From Lysobacteraceae bacterium (lineage in GTDB: Bacteria; Pseudomonadota; Gammaproteobacteria; Xanthomonadales; Xanthomonadaceae): DNA of 61,811 bases. This document shows, piece after piece, positions 35,402 to 44,006 of this stretch. Position numbers and translations under genes: made by a program. Each line of letters opens with the position of its first letter. The first letter of the stretch is position 1. The stretch spans positions 1 to 61,811 of the forward strand of contig DASTUL010000031.1 in NCBI GenBank assembly GCA_035759645.1, read 5' to 3'. The notes under the pieces were generated by a model. That model saw nothing but the letters and a program-made list of their open reading frames with translations. It had not been told where the DNA came from and made no database searches.

Positions 35402-38155
35402 TCAGAACTTGTAGTTGACGCCGAACAGGTAGGTGCGACCGTACTCGAAGTAGTCGCGCGGCTGGTCGTCGGACCCGTAGGTCGAGCGGAACGGCTCGTT
35501 CTCCAGGTTGTTGACCTGCAGCAGCAGCGACAGGCCGTCGAGCATGCCGCCTTCCGGGAAGCTGTAGCCGAGTTGCACGTCGGTGACCGTCTCGCCCTGG
35601 AACACGCGCTTGGTGCGGTCGCCGCCGAAGCCCTGGATTTCGCCCAGGAAGTCGGAGCGATGCCGCTGGCTGGCGCGCACCGAGAACCCGAAGCGCTCGT
35701 AGTACGCGGTGATGTTGGACACGTACTTCGACAGGCCCGGCAGCGGCTCGGTGGTTCCCGGGCCCAGCGGCTGGATGGTGCTCGCCGTGTCGGAGTAGTT
35801 GGCGACGAAACCGAAGCCTTCCATCTGCGGCCAGATGATGCCCAGCGGGACCGACAACGCGATCTCGTGGCCCCAGATCGCACCGCCCTCGCCATTCGCC
35901 GGTTGCGAGAACTGGCCGATCGGATTGGCCGGGATGTCGTCCGGGTCCACGCTGTCGGGGAGCGGCAACTGGCTGAAATCGAACGACGTGGTCTGGTTGA
36001 AGATGTAGGTGCTCAAGTCCTTGTGGAAGTACGCGACGCTGAAATAGCCCGCGCCGTCGCCGAAGTACTTCTCGTACGACAGGTCGTAAGCGTTGGCCAG
36101 CCACGGCTCGAGCTCCGGGTTGCCGCCGCCGCCGGTCCAGCAGGGGGGCGGCGTGCTGCTGCCGCAGACCGACGTGCGGTTGATGCCGTAGCCGGCATTC
36201 GCGCGCAGGTCGTCCATGCGCGGCCGCGCCATCTGCCGCGCCGCGCCGAGGCGCAGCACCTGGTCGGCCGGGAATTCGAACGCCAGGTTCAGGCTGGGCA
36301 GCACGTCGGTGTGCTTGGCACCGCGCCGGGACGGCTCGTCGAGCGCGACGCCCTCGAACGTGGCCACGCCGGTCGAGCTCTGGTCGGCCTGCACCACCTG
36401 CACGCCGAAGTTGCCGCGCACCGGGACGCTGCCCCACATCGTGTCGAGGTTGGCCTGCATGTAGGCCGTGGTCACCGTCTCGTCGATCTCCCAGTTCTTG
36501 TTGGAGATGTCCGGGTGGTTCTTCGGCAGCAGGAAGTAGAACTCGTCGACCATGCGCAGCGGATCGAGCGTGATCAGCGACGGCAGCCCGCCGAAGCCGA
36601 ACTCGGTGCTGCCGCCGACGAACGCCGACGGGATCGCCACCGGGGTGTTGTCCGTGCATCCGGCGGTCGTGCACAGGGTATTTTCCGTGGACGCGCGACT
36701 CTTGGTGCGGTCGGTGACGTTGGCGCCGAACTCCAGGCCGACGAACGGGCCGGCCAGGAACGAGCGCTCGAAGTCCAGGCGCAGCGAGGTCAGCTCGTCC
36801 TCGATCTCGAAGTCCTTGAGGTAACCGGCCTGCGCGCGGTCGCCGCCCCAGCCACCCGGATCCATGAGCACCAGGTTCGCCGGGTCGCCGTAATCCAGTC
36901 CGAAGTCGAAGTCGAAGTAGCCGTCCGGGTTGAACGTCGCGGTGACGGTGTCGCCGGGCGCCGACGGATCAAGCGTGGCGTAGGTCTCGAGGATCCGCTC
37001 GTCGCGCTTGGCGCCGGAGTGGCCCACGTCCACGCGCATCGTCCAGTCTTCGCTGAACGTGAACTCGTGGTTCCAGCCGATGGAGAACAGGTCGTCGTAG
37101 GTGGCGTTGAAGTCGTTGCGCACGATCGGGCGCACGCCGACGAACGTGGCCTCGACGGCGGTGCCGTTGTCATTGTCGACGCGGCTGACCGGCGGGCCGG
37201 AGGCGCCCCACTCGAAGCCGAACTCCATGCCGCGCTTGCTCTCCTCGCGCTCGAACTGCGAATAGAACAGGTCCAGCGTCATGCGGTAGAAGTCGCTGGG
37301 CTTGTACTCCAGCACGCCCATCAGGCCTTCGCGGACGTTGTCGTTCTCGAAGTCGTAGAGCTGTCCGCCACCGATCGCGCCGCCGGGGTAGCCCCAGGAC
37401 TCGAACTTGTAGCCCTGCCCCGGGGTGTCCATGCGCGCGTAGCCCAGCGCCAGGCCGATGGTGTCATCCGCGAACTGGTCGATGTACGACAGCGAGAAAC
37501 GATTGCCGTACTCCTTCTCGTCGTCGATCCGGTTCTGGTCGCCGCGCAGGTTGATGGCAACCGCCTGCTCGCCGTATTCCAGGGGGCGGACCGTTCGCAG
37601 GTCGACGGTGCCCGACAGGCCCTGGCCGACCAGCGAGGCATCCGGGGTCTTGTAGACCACCACCTGGTGGATCAGCTCGGAAGGGTACTGGTCGAACTCG
37701 ACGCCGCGGTTGTTGCCCAGGCTGACCTGCTCGCGCCCGTTGAGGGTCGTGGTCGAGAAGTCGCCGGCGAAGCCGCGGATGTTGATTTCCTGCGGGCGGC
37801 CGCCGAAGCGCTGCGCGGTCAGGCCGGGCAGGCGCGCGATCGAGTCGGCGATCGAGGCGTCGGGCAACTTGCCGAGGTCCTCGGCGGAGATGGCTTCCAC
37901 GATCGACGTCGACTCGCGCTTGGTGTCGATCGATTCCTCGATCGCCGCGCGGATGCCGGTGACGACGACCCGGTCGAGGTCGGTGGCCTCGCGTTCGCCT
38001 TCACCCTCTTCCTCGTCCGCGTCGGTCGCCTCGACCTGGTCCGCCTCCTGGGCGGCGTCCTGGGCGTGCGCCTGCGCAGCAAGCATGATGGTTGCGGACG
38101 CGAGCGCCGCGCTCAGCAGGTTGCGTTTGAATGTCACCGTCTTCCCCCAATGCAC
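35402..38155 (-). CDS. TonB-dependent receptor (carbohydrate/maltodextrin type)
   Basis: Signal peptide, plug domain (DRVVVTG, IVEAISAEDLGKLPD, ARLPGL, INIRGF), and the C-terminal beta-barrel ending FGVNYKF. Confidence 0.9.
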   Translation of the reverse strand: MHWGKTVTFKRNLLSAALASATIMLAAQAHAQDAAQEADQVEATDADEEEGEGEREATDLDRVVVTGIRAAIEESIDTKRESTSIVEAISAEDLGKLPDASIADSIARLPGLTAQRFGGRPQEINIRGFAGDFSTTTLNGREQVSLGNNRGVEFDQYPSELIHQVVVYKTPDASLVGQGLSGTVDLRTVRPLEYGEQAVAINLRGDQNRIDDEKEYGNRFSLSYIDQFADDTIGLALGYARMDTPGQGYKFESWGYPGGAIGGGQLYDFENDNVREGLMGVLEYKPSDFYRMTLDLFYSQFEREESKRGMEFGFEWGASGPPVSRVDNDNGTAVEATFVGVRPIVRNDFNATYDDLFSIGWNHEFTFSEDWTMRVDVGHSGAKRDERILETYATLDPSAPGDTVTATFNPDGYFDFDFGLDYGDPANLVLMDPGGWGGDRAQAGYLKDFEIEDELTSLRLDFERSFLAGPFVGLEFGANVTDRTKSRASTENTLCTTAGCTDNTPVAIPSAFVGGSTEFGFGGLPSLITLDPLRMVDEFYFLLPKNHPDISNKNWEIDETVTTAYMQANLDTMWGSVPVRGNFGVQVVQADQSSTGVATFEGVALDEPSRRGAKHTDVLPSLNLAFEFPADQVLRLGAARQMARPRMDDLRANAGYGINRTSVCGSSTPPPCWTGGGGNPELEPWLANAYDLSYEKYFGDGAGYFSVAYFHKDLSTYIFNQTTSFDFSQLPLPDSVDPDDIPANPIGQFSQPANGEGGAIWGHEIALSVPLGIIWPQMEGFGFVANYSDTASTIQPLGPGTTEPLPGLSKYVSNITAYYERFGFSVRASQRHRSDFLGEIQGFGGDRTKRVFQGETVTDVQLGYSFPEGGMLDGLSLLLQVNNLENEPFRSTYGSDDQPRDYFEYGRTYLFGVNYKF

Positions 38156-38265
38156 TTCGAAGATTCATGCCCGCGGCAAATGGCCGGCGCGGCGCCCCTG
38201 TGCGCCGGCAGCTGGAGGCCGGGCGCGGGGCCATGGTAGTCCGGGGGTGCGCCGCAAAACCGCGC

Positions 38266-38279
38266 TGAAAACGTATTCA
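38266..38279 (+). promoter_or_regulatory. LacI-type operator copy 1 (TGAAAACGTATTCA)
   Basis: 14-bp near-palindrome with a central CG, in the TBDR/GH13 divergent spacer. Same motif as at 51469 and 54867. Confidence 0.6.
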
Positions 38280-38353
38280 TGGCGGGCCGGCGGCGATCGC
38301 CGCCTACGGTGCAACGGGGGCCTGGTAGCGACCGGGCGACGGCAGGCGAGGGG

Positions 38354-41044
38354 ATGCAGGCGATGGCGAAAGCAGGTGCGCTGGGGTGGATCGCGGGGAT
38401 GGCGTTGGGTTGTACGTGCGCGGTCGCGCTTGCCGGCGATACCGCTCCGGACGCCGAAGCAGGCCCGTTGCACGTGCCTTCGCCCGACTGGCGCGACCAG
38501 GTCGTCTATTTCGCGATGATCGACCGGTTCGCCGACGGCGAGCCCGCCAACAACGACCAGGGCGTGGATGAATACGACCCGGCGGACCCGCGCAAGTACA
38601 GCGGTGGCGACCTGCGCGGACTGGCGCACCAGCTGGACTACATACAAGGACTGGGCGCCACGGCGCTGTGGATCACGCCGCACTTCGCCAACCAGTGGTG
38701 GAACCCGGGCGGCACCTACGGCGGGTACCACGGCTACTGGGCCAGCGACTTCAAGGCAGTGGACGCGCACTACGGCACGCTCGCCGACTTGCGCGCGCTG
38801 TCGCGGGGGCTGCACGGGCGCGGGATGTTCCTGGTGCAGGACGTGGTGGTGAACCACGTGGCCGATTACCTGCAGTGCGAGGCGGGCGATGCGCCGGCGG
38901 CCGAACGGTGCACGGTGCGGGCGGACGCGCGGGGGCGGACTGCGCCCGTGGGCGTGCCGTTCCAGTTGAACGATGCGAGGAACGAGGCGCACGCGGCGGC
39001 GGGGGTCTATCACTGGACGCCGTCGATCGGCGATTTCACCGACCGGACGCAGGAACTGGACTTCGCGCTCGCGGGGCTGGACGACCTCGATACGGAGAAT
39101 GCCGTGGTGCGTCGCGCGCTGCGCGATGCCTACGGGTACTGGATCCGCGAGGCGGGGGTGGATGCGTTTCGGGTGGACACGGCGTACCACGTGCCGGCGG
39201 GGTTCTTTCAGGACTTCCTGCACGCGGCCGATGTCGAAGCGCCTGGTGTGACGCAGGTGGCTGCGGAAACGGGCCGCAACGGCTTCCTTGCGTTCGGCGA
39301 GGGGTTCGGCGCCGACCGCGCGTACGAGGACGAGCACGCGCGCAAGCTCGACGCGTACATGCAGGTGGACGGTGGCTTGCCGTCGATGATCGACTTCCCG
39401 CTGTACGGAACCATGGGCGACGTGTTCGCGCGCGGGCGGCCGAGCGCCGAACTGGCGCATCGCATCGAGAACCGGATGCAGCTGCACGACGACCCGTGGC
39501 GCATGCCGACCTTCATCGACAACCACGACGTCGACCGGTTCCTGGCCGGCGGCAGCGAAGCGGGACTTAAGCAGGCGTTGCTTGCGTTGATGACACTGCC
39601 CGGCATCCCCGTCATCTATTACGGCACCGAGCAGGGCTTCACCGAACGACGCGCGTCGATGTTCGCCGGCGGCCACGGCAGCGGTGGCGAGGACCACTTC
39701 GACACGACAGCGCCGATGTACCGCTACCTCCAGCGCGCCATCGCCCTGCGCCGCGACAACAAGGTCTTCTCACGCGGCACGCCGACCGTCCTGGCGACCA
39801 ATGCCGCCGCCCCCGGCGCCATCGCCTGGCGCATGGACCCCGTCGAGCAGTACGACGACGAGGGCGCCTCGGCGCTGGTCGTGTTCAACACGGCCGATCA
39901 CGTTGCATTGCTCGACAACCTGGACACCGGCCTCGCCCCCGGCGTCGTCCTGGAACCATTGTTCGCAATCGAAGGCGAGCAGGGACGCCTGGTCACAGGC
40001 GAAGACAGCCACATCACTCTCGTCCTGCCGCCCCGCAGCGGCGCCGTCTGGCTAACCTCCGATGCCATCCCCAGCCCCGATCCCGCCCCGTCATTCCCGC
40101 GAAGGCGGGAATCCATCTCCATCAGCACGCGGACATCCACCTCGAACCAGATCCACATGACGGGTACTGCCCAAGGCAACCACACGATCCAGCTTGTCAT
40201 CGACGGCAAGCTCGAGGCCGCCCCATCCATCCCGGTAGCCGACGACGGCACCTGGACCGCAACCATCCGAACCGACTCGATGACCGATCCCACGGTCACC
40301 CACCGGGCCGTCGCCTACGACCCCACTACCAACACCACGTCTGCCCCGGTCGAGTTCAAGGTCGACCTCGACTGGCAACCAGCCGCCGACCACGACGACC
40401 CCACCGGCGACGACACCGGTCCCACCGGCACCTACACCTACCCGACCGACCCCGGCTACGCCACGCACCCCGCCGACATCGAGCGCGTCCGCGCCTGGAC
40501 CGCCGGCGGCGCCTTGCGCATCGAACTGACCATGCGCAGCATCAGCACCGCCTGGAACCCGCCCAACGGATTCGACCATGTCGCGTTCACGATCTTCCTG
40601 CAGTTGCCCGAACGAAGCGCGGGCGTGAATGTCATGCCGCTGCAGAACGGAACGCTGCCCGATGCGATGCATTGGCAGTACCGGCTGCGGGTGCACGGCT
40701 GGTCGAACGCGTTGTTCTCGTTTGCTGGCGCAGGCGCTTCGGACGAGGGAATGCCGACTTCCCCGGGCGCTGCCATCGATGTCGATCACGACGCGCGAAC
40801 CGTGACATTCACGATCCCGGCAAACGCGATCGGTCACCCGGGATCACTGGAAGGCGCGCGCCTGCACATCACTACGTGGGACCAGGATGCCGAGTACCGC
40901 CGCCTCTCCGTCGTTGCTGGCGACATGCAGTTCGGCGGTGGGCAGCCGGACGCTCCCCTGGTCATGGACCAGGCGACAGCTGTCCTCTCTCCAAGCCATC
41001 GCCAGGGGTTGGTCTTCACCCACCTTCGGGGGAAAAGCCCATGA
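38354..41044 (+). CDS. Secreted GH13 alpha-amylase/cyclomaltodextrin glucanotransferase-like enzyme with a C-terminal glucodextranase-type module
   Basis: GH13 regions DVVVNHV, GVDAFRVDTAYHV, FGEGF and FIDNHD. The C-terminal ~300 aa is a separate module joined through a REP-encoded linker. An alternative start is ATG 38279. Confidence 0.8.
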   Translation: MQAMAKAGALGWIAGMALGCTCAVALAGDTAPDAEAGPLHVPSPDWRDQVVYFAMIDRFADGEPANNDQGVDEYDPADPRKYSGGDLRGLAHQLDYIQGLGATALWITPHFANQWWNPGGTYGGYHGYWASDFKAVDAHYGTLADLRALSRGLHGRGMFLVQDVVVNHVADYLQCEAGDAPAAERCTVRADARGRTAPVGVPFQLNDARNEAHAAAGVYHWTPSIGDFTDRTQELDFALAGLDDLDTENAVVRRALRDAYGYWIREAGVDAFRVDTAYHVPAGFFQDFLHAADVEAPGVTQVAAETGRNGFLAFGEGFGADRAYEDEHARKLDAYMQVDGGLPSMIDFPLYGTMGDVFARGRPSAELAHRIENRMQLHDDPWRMPTFIDNHDVDRFLAGGSEAGLKQALLALMTLPGIPVIYYGTEQGFTERRASMFAGGHGSGGEDHFDTTAPMYRYLQRAIALRRDNKVFSRGTPTVLATNAAAPGAIAWRMDPVEQYDDEGASALVVFNTADHVALLDNLDTGLAPGVVLEPLFAIEGEQGRLVTGEDSHITLVLPPRSGAVWLTSDAIPSPDPAPSFPRRRESISISTRTSTSNQIHMTGTAQGNHTIQLVIDGKLEAAPSIPVADDGTWTATIRTDSMTDPTVTHRAVAYDPTTNTTSAPVEFKVDLDWQPAADHDDPTGDDTGPTGTYTYPTDPGYATHPADIERVRAWTAGGALRIELTMRSISTAWNPPNGFDHVAFTIFLQLPERSAGVNVMPLQNGTLPDAMHWQYRLRVHGWSNALFSFAGAGASDEGMPTSPGAAIDVDHDARTVTFTIPANAIGHPGSLEGARLHITTWDQDAEYRRLSVVAGDMQFGGGQPDAPLVMDQATAVLSPSHRQGLVFTHLRGKSP
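40090..40114. repeat. REP family A hairpin inside the GH13 CDS
   Basis: Sequence gtcattcccgcgaaggcgggaatcc, read in frame as SFPRRRESI. Confidence 0.9.
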
Positions 41045-41226
41045 AGAAACTCCTTCCTTTCGCGTTTCTCCTTGGCGTCCTCGGTCCCACGTCCGTGGCG
41101 GGCCAGGAAAATCTCACGGACCGGTACGAAAGCCTGCGCCAGACGACCGACGCAATCGATCGTTTGAGTCAGGCCGAAGAACCTTCACCGGCTGCCGCGG
41201 AGTTTCGCTCGAGTACGACGACATGA
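41041..41226 (+). CDS. Small putative secreted peptide (61 aa)
   Basis: Signal-peptide-like MKKLLPFAFLLGVLGPTSVAG and an ATGA overlap with the GH13 stop. Weak support and lower GC. Confidence 0.25.
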   Translation: MKKLLPFAFLLGVLGPTSVAGQENLTDRYESLRQTTDAIDRLSQAEEPSPAAAEFRSSTTT

Positions 41227-41302
41227 GCGAGGCGCAAAGGCGGACGTACGATGCCATTCCGGGAGTCCGCGATGCATGCGCAAACGCTCCCGATCGCCAC
41301 TC

Positions 41303-41701
41303 ATGAATCTCAACCAGGTCATCCTGCCAGTCACTGACTTCGACGCAGCCGTCGGGTTCTACCGCGCGATGGGCTTCGAACTCATCGTTCACTCGCCGCC
41401 GCGTTACGCGCGCTTCGGATGCCCGGAAGGCGATTCCACGTTCTCGCTGCACACCGCCGACCGCTCGTCCGCGGGCACCGGCGTGATCGTCTACTTCGAG
41501 TGTGCCGACCTGGATGCGCAAGTCGAACAACTCCGCGAAGCGGGCATCGAGTTCACCCAGCTGCCCACCGACCAGCCGTGGCAGTGGCGGGAGGCGCGCC
41601 TGCTCGATCCGTCCGGCAACGAGCTGTGCCTGTTCTGGGGCGGCGAGATCCGCAAGAATCCGCCGTGGCGGGTCAAACCCGAAGACGCCACGCCCTCATG
41701 A
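41303..41701 (+). CDS. VOC/glyoxalase-bleomycin resistance family protein
   Basis: MNLNQVILPVTDFDAAVGFYRAMGF and RLLDPSGNELCLF. Confidence 0.75.
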   Translation: MNLNQVILPVTDFDAAVGFYRAMGFELIVHSPPRYARFGCPEGDSTFSLHTADRSSAGTGVIVYFECADLDAQVEQLREAGIEFTQLPTDQPWQWREARLLDPSGNELCLFWGGEIRKNPPWRVKPEDATPS

Positions 41702-41704
41702 GGG

Positions 41705-42226
41705 ATGCCCATGAAATGCATTACAACCGTAGGCTTGTTCCTGGCGCTGCTGGGGGCACCTGAAGTGGCGAACGCCCAAGCCGCCTGCGAGAACCCCGAT
41801 CGCGGCCAGTTCGACTTTTGGCTGGGCACTTGGGATGTATTCAAGCCGGATGGAACGCTCGCGGGCACGAACCGCATCGAGAAGGAACAGGACGGTTGCG
41901 TCGTGCACGAGCACTACCGCACCGCGATCGGCTACGACGGGCAGAGCCTCAACATCTACGACGCGGCGCGGCAGGTCTGGCACCAGACGTGGGTCGACAA
42001 CGGTGGAACCTTGCTGCTGCTGGAGGGCGGCCTGGTCGAGGGGAAGATGGTGCTCGAAGGCGCAACCACCGGGCAGGACGGCGTGGTCACCCAACACAGG
42101 ATCACCTGGACGCCGAATGCGGACGGGACGGTGCAGCAGTTCTGGGAATCGACGAATCCTGCAGGCGAGTGGAGCGTGGCGTTCGACGGAACGTACCGGC
42201 GTACGGAAACGCGCATCGATGATTGA
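41705..42226 (+). CDS. Secreted hypothetical protein
   Basis: Signal peptide and the motif QFDFWLGTWDV. No confident family assignment. Confidence 0.55.
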   Translation: MPMKCITTVGLFLALLGAPEVANAQAACENPDRGQFDFWLGTWDVFKPDGTLAGTNRIEKEQDGCVVHEHYRTAIGYDGQSLNIYDAARQVWHQTWVDNGGTLLLLEGGLVEGKMVLEGATTGQDGVVTQHRITWTPNADGTVQQFWESTNPAGEWSVAFDGTYRRTETRIDD

Positions 42227-42617
42227 GGGCTTGGCCCTCGTCGTCGTCGTGATGGCCGGGCTGTACTTCATCGCGCTGGCGACCGTGTCGCTTTGCCTGC
42301 CGAGTCGAGCCAGTCGCTTCCTGCTGGGTTTCGCCGATTCGGGGACAAAGCATTACGCAGAGTTGCTCTTGCGGTGCGTGGTCGGTGCCGCGCTGGTCCT
42401 CCATGCGCCACGGATGCTTTTTTCAAGCGGCTTCGCGATGTTCGGCTGGCTGCTGCTGCTCACGACCGCAGCCCTGTTGCTCGTTCCCTGGCGGTGGCAC
42501 GAACGATTTGCGAAACAAGCCGTGCCTCGGGCGCTCGAGTACCTCACGCTGATCGGCATCGCTTCGTTCGGGATGGGCGCGCTCATCCTGGCGGCTGTCA
42601 TGGTCGGGAGCGTCTGA
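42219..42617 (+). CDS. Hypothetical integral membrane protein (132 aa)
   Basis: Four hydrophobic segments. 8-nt overlap with the upstream gene. Confidence 0.5.
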   Translation: MIEGLALVVVVMAGLYFIALATVSLCLPSRASRFLLGFADSGTKHYAELLLRCVVGAALVLHAPRMLFSSGFAMFGWLLLLTTAALLLVPWRWHERFAKQAVPRALEYLTLIGIASFGMGALILAAVMVGSV

Positions 42618-42684
42618 CGAGCGGTTCCAGCGACGCCTCACCCGGGCGTATATTTCGCGGCGGTACCATCACACGGAGACAGCC

Positions 42685-42957
42685 ATGCCCAAGTACGTGA
42701 TCGAGCGGGAGATCCCTGGCGCCGGCCAGTTGTCTTCCCAGGAGCTGAAGGGGATCTCCCAGAAGTCGTGCGGCGTGCTCAGCAACCTGGGGCCGCAGAT
42801 CCAGTGGGTCGAGAGTTTCGTCACCGGCGACAAGGTCTATTGCGTGTACATCGCGCCGAACGAAGACATGGTCCGCGAGCACGCGCGGCAGGGTGGCTTC
42901 CCGGCCAATCGCGTGTCCGAAGTCATGACGATGATCGATCCGACGACAGCGGAATGA
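42685..42957 (+). CDS. DUF4242 domain protein
   Basis: MPKYVIEREIPGAGQLSSQELKGISQKSCGVL...VYCVYIAPNEDMVREHARQGGFPAN matches my memory of the DUF4242 family. Confidence 0.7.
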   Translation: MPKYVIEREIPGAGQLSSQELKGISQKSCGVLSNLGPQIQWVESFVTGDKVYCVYIAPNEDMVREHARQGGFPANRVSEVMTMIDPTTAE

Positions 42958-44003
42958 CGACACGGGCCTACGGCGCGCTTGCCGCCGACAAGCCGCTCGA
43001 ACCGCTCGACATCGAGCGGCGCTCACCCGGGCCGTCCGACGTCCAGGTCGCCATCGCCTATTGCGGCGTCTGCCATTCGGACCTGCACACCGTGCGCTCG
43101 GAATGGAGCGGCACGCGTTTTCCGTGCGTGCCGGGACACGAGATCGTAGGGAAGGTCACGGCGGTCGGCGGCGACGTCACCCGGTTCAAGGTCGGCGACA
43201 CCGTCGGCGTCGGCTGCATGGTCGACAGCTGCCAGCGCTGCGCGTCATGCGCCGAGGGGTTGGAGCAGTACTGCGAGAACGGGTTCGTCGGTACGTACAA
43301 CGGCGCGACGAAGGACCCGCCGGGACACACGCTTGGCGGCTATTCGCAAAGCATCGTGGTGTCCGAAAAGTTCGTGTTGAAGATTCGTCATCCGGAAGCA
43401 CAACTTCCGGCCGTGGCCCCGCTGTTGTGCGCGGGCATTACCACGTACTCGCCGCTGCGCCACTGGAACACCGGTCCCGGCAAGAAGGTGGGGATCGTCG
43501 GCATCGGCGGCCTGGGACACATGGGTGTGAAGCTTGCGCACGCGATGGGCGCGCACGTGGTCGCGTTCACCACGTCCGAGGGCAAGCGCAAGGACGCGTT
43601 GGCGTTGGGTGCGGACGAGGTGGTGGTGTCGCGCAACGCCGACGAGATGCGCAAGCACGCGCGCAGCTTCGACCTGATCCTCGACACGGTAGCCGGCAGC
43701 CATTCGCTGGACGCGTACACGAGCCTGCTGAAACTCGACGGCTCGCTGGTCCTGGTCGGCGTGCCGGAGCATCCGCATCCGAGCCCGACCATCGGCGTGC
43801 TGATCTTCGGCCGCCGGTCGATCGCGGGCTCGTTGATCGGTGGCATCGCCGAGACCCAGGAGATGCTCGACTTCTGTTCAGAGCACGGGATCGTCGCGGA
43901 CATCGAGATGATCCAGGCGCAGGGAATCGACGAGGCCTACGAACGCATGTTGCGCAGCGACGTGAAGTACCGGTTCGTCATCGACATCGCGTCGCTCGGC
44001 TGA
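42954..44003 (+). CDS. Zn-dependent NAD(P)-dependent alcohol dehydrogenase (YahK-like)
   Basis: CGVCHSDLH, GHEIVG, and GIGGLGHMGVKLA (Rossmann fold). Confidence 0.85.
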   Translation: MTTRAYGALAADKPLEPLDIERRSPGPSDVQVAIAYCGVCHSDLHTVRSEWSGTRFPCVPGHEIVGKVTAVGGDVTRFKVGDTVGVGCMVDSCQRCASCAEGLEQYCENGFVGTYNGATKDPPGHTLGGYSQSIVVSEKFVLKIRHPEAQLPAVAPLLCAGITTYSPLRHWNTGPGKKVGIVGIGGLGHMGVKLAHAMGAHVVAFTTSEGKRKDALALGADEVVVSRNADEMRKHARSFDLILDTVAGSHSLDAYTSLLKLDGSLVLVGVPEHPHPSPTIGVLIFGRRSIAGSLIGGIAETQEMLDFCSEHGIVADIEMIQAQGIDEAYERMLRSDVKYRFVIDIASLG

Positions 44004-44006
44004 GCG

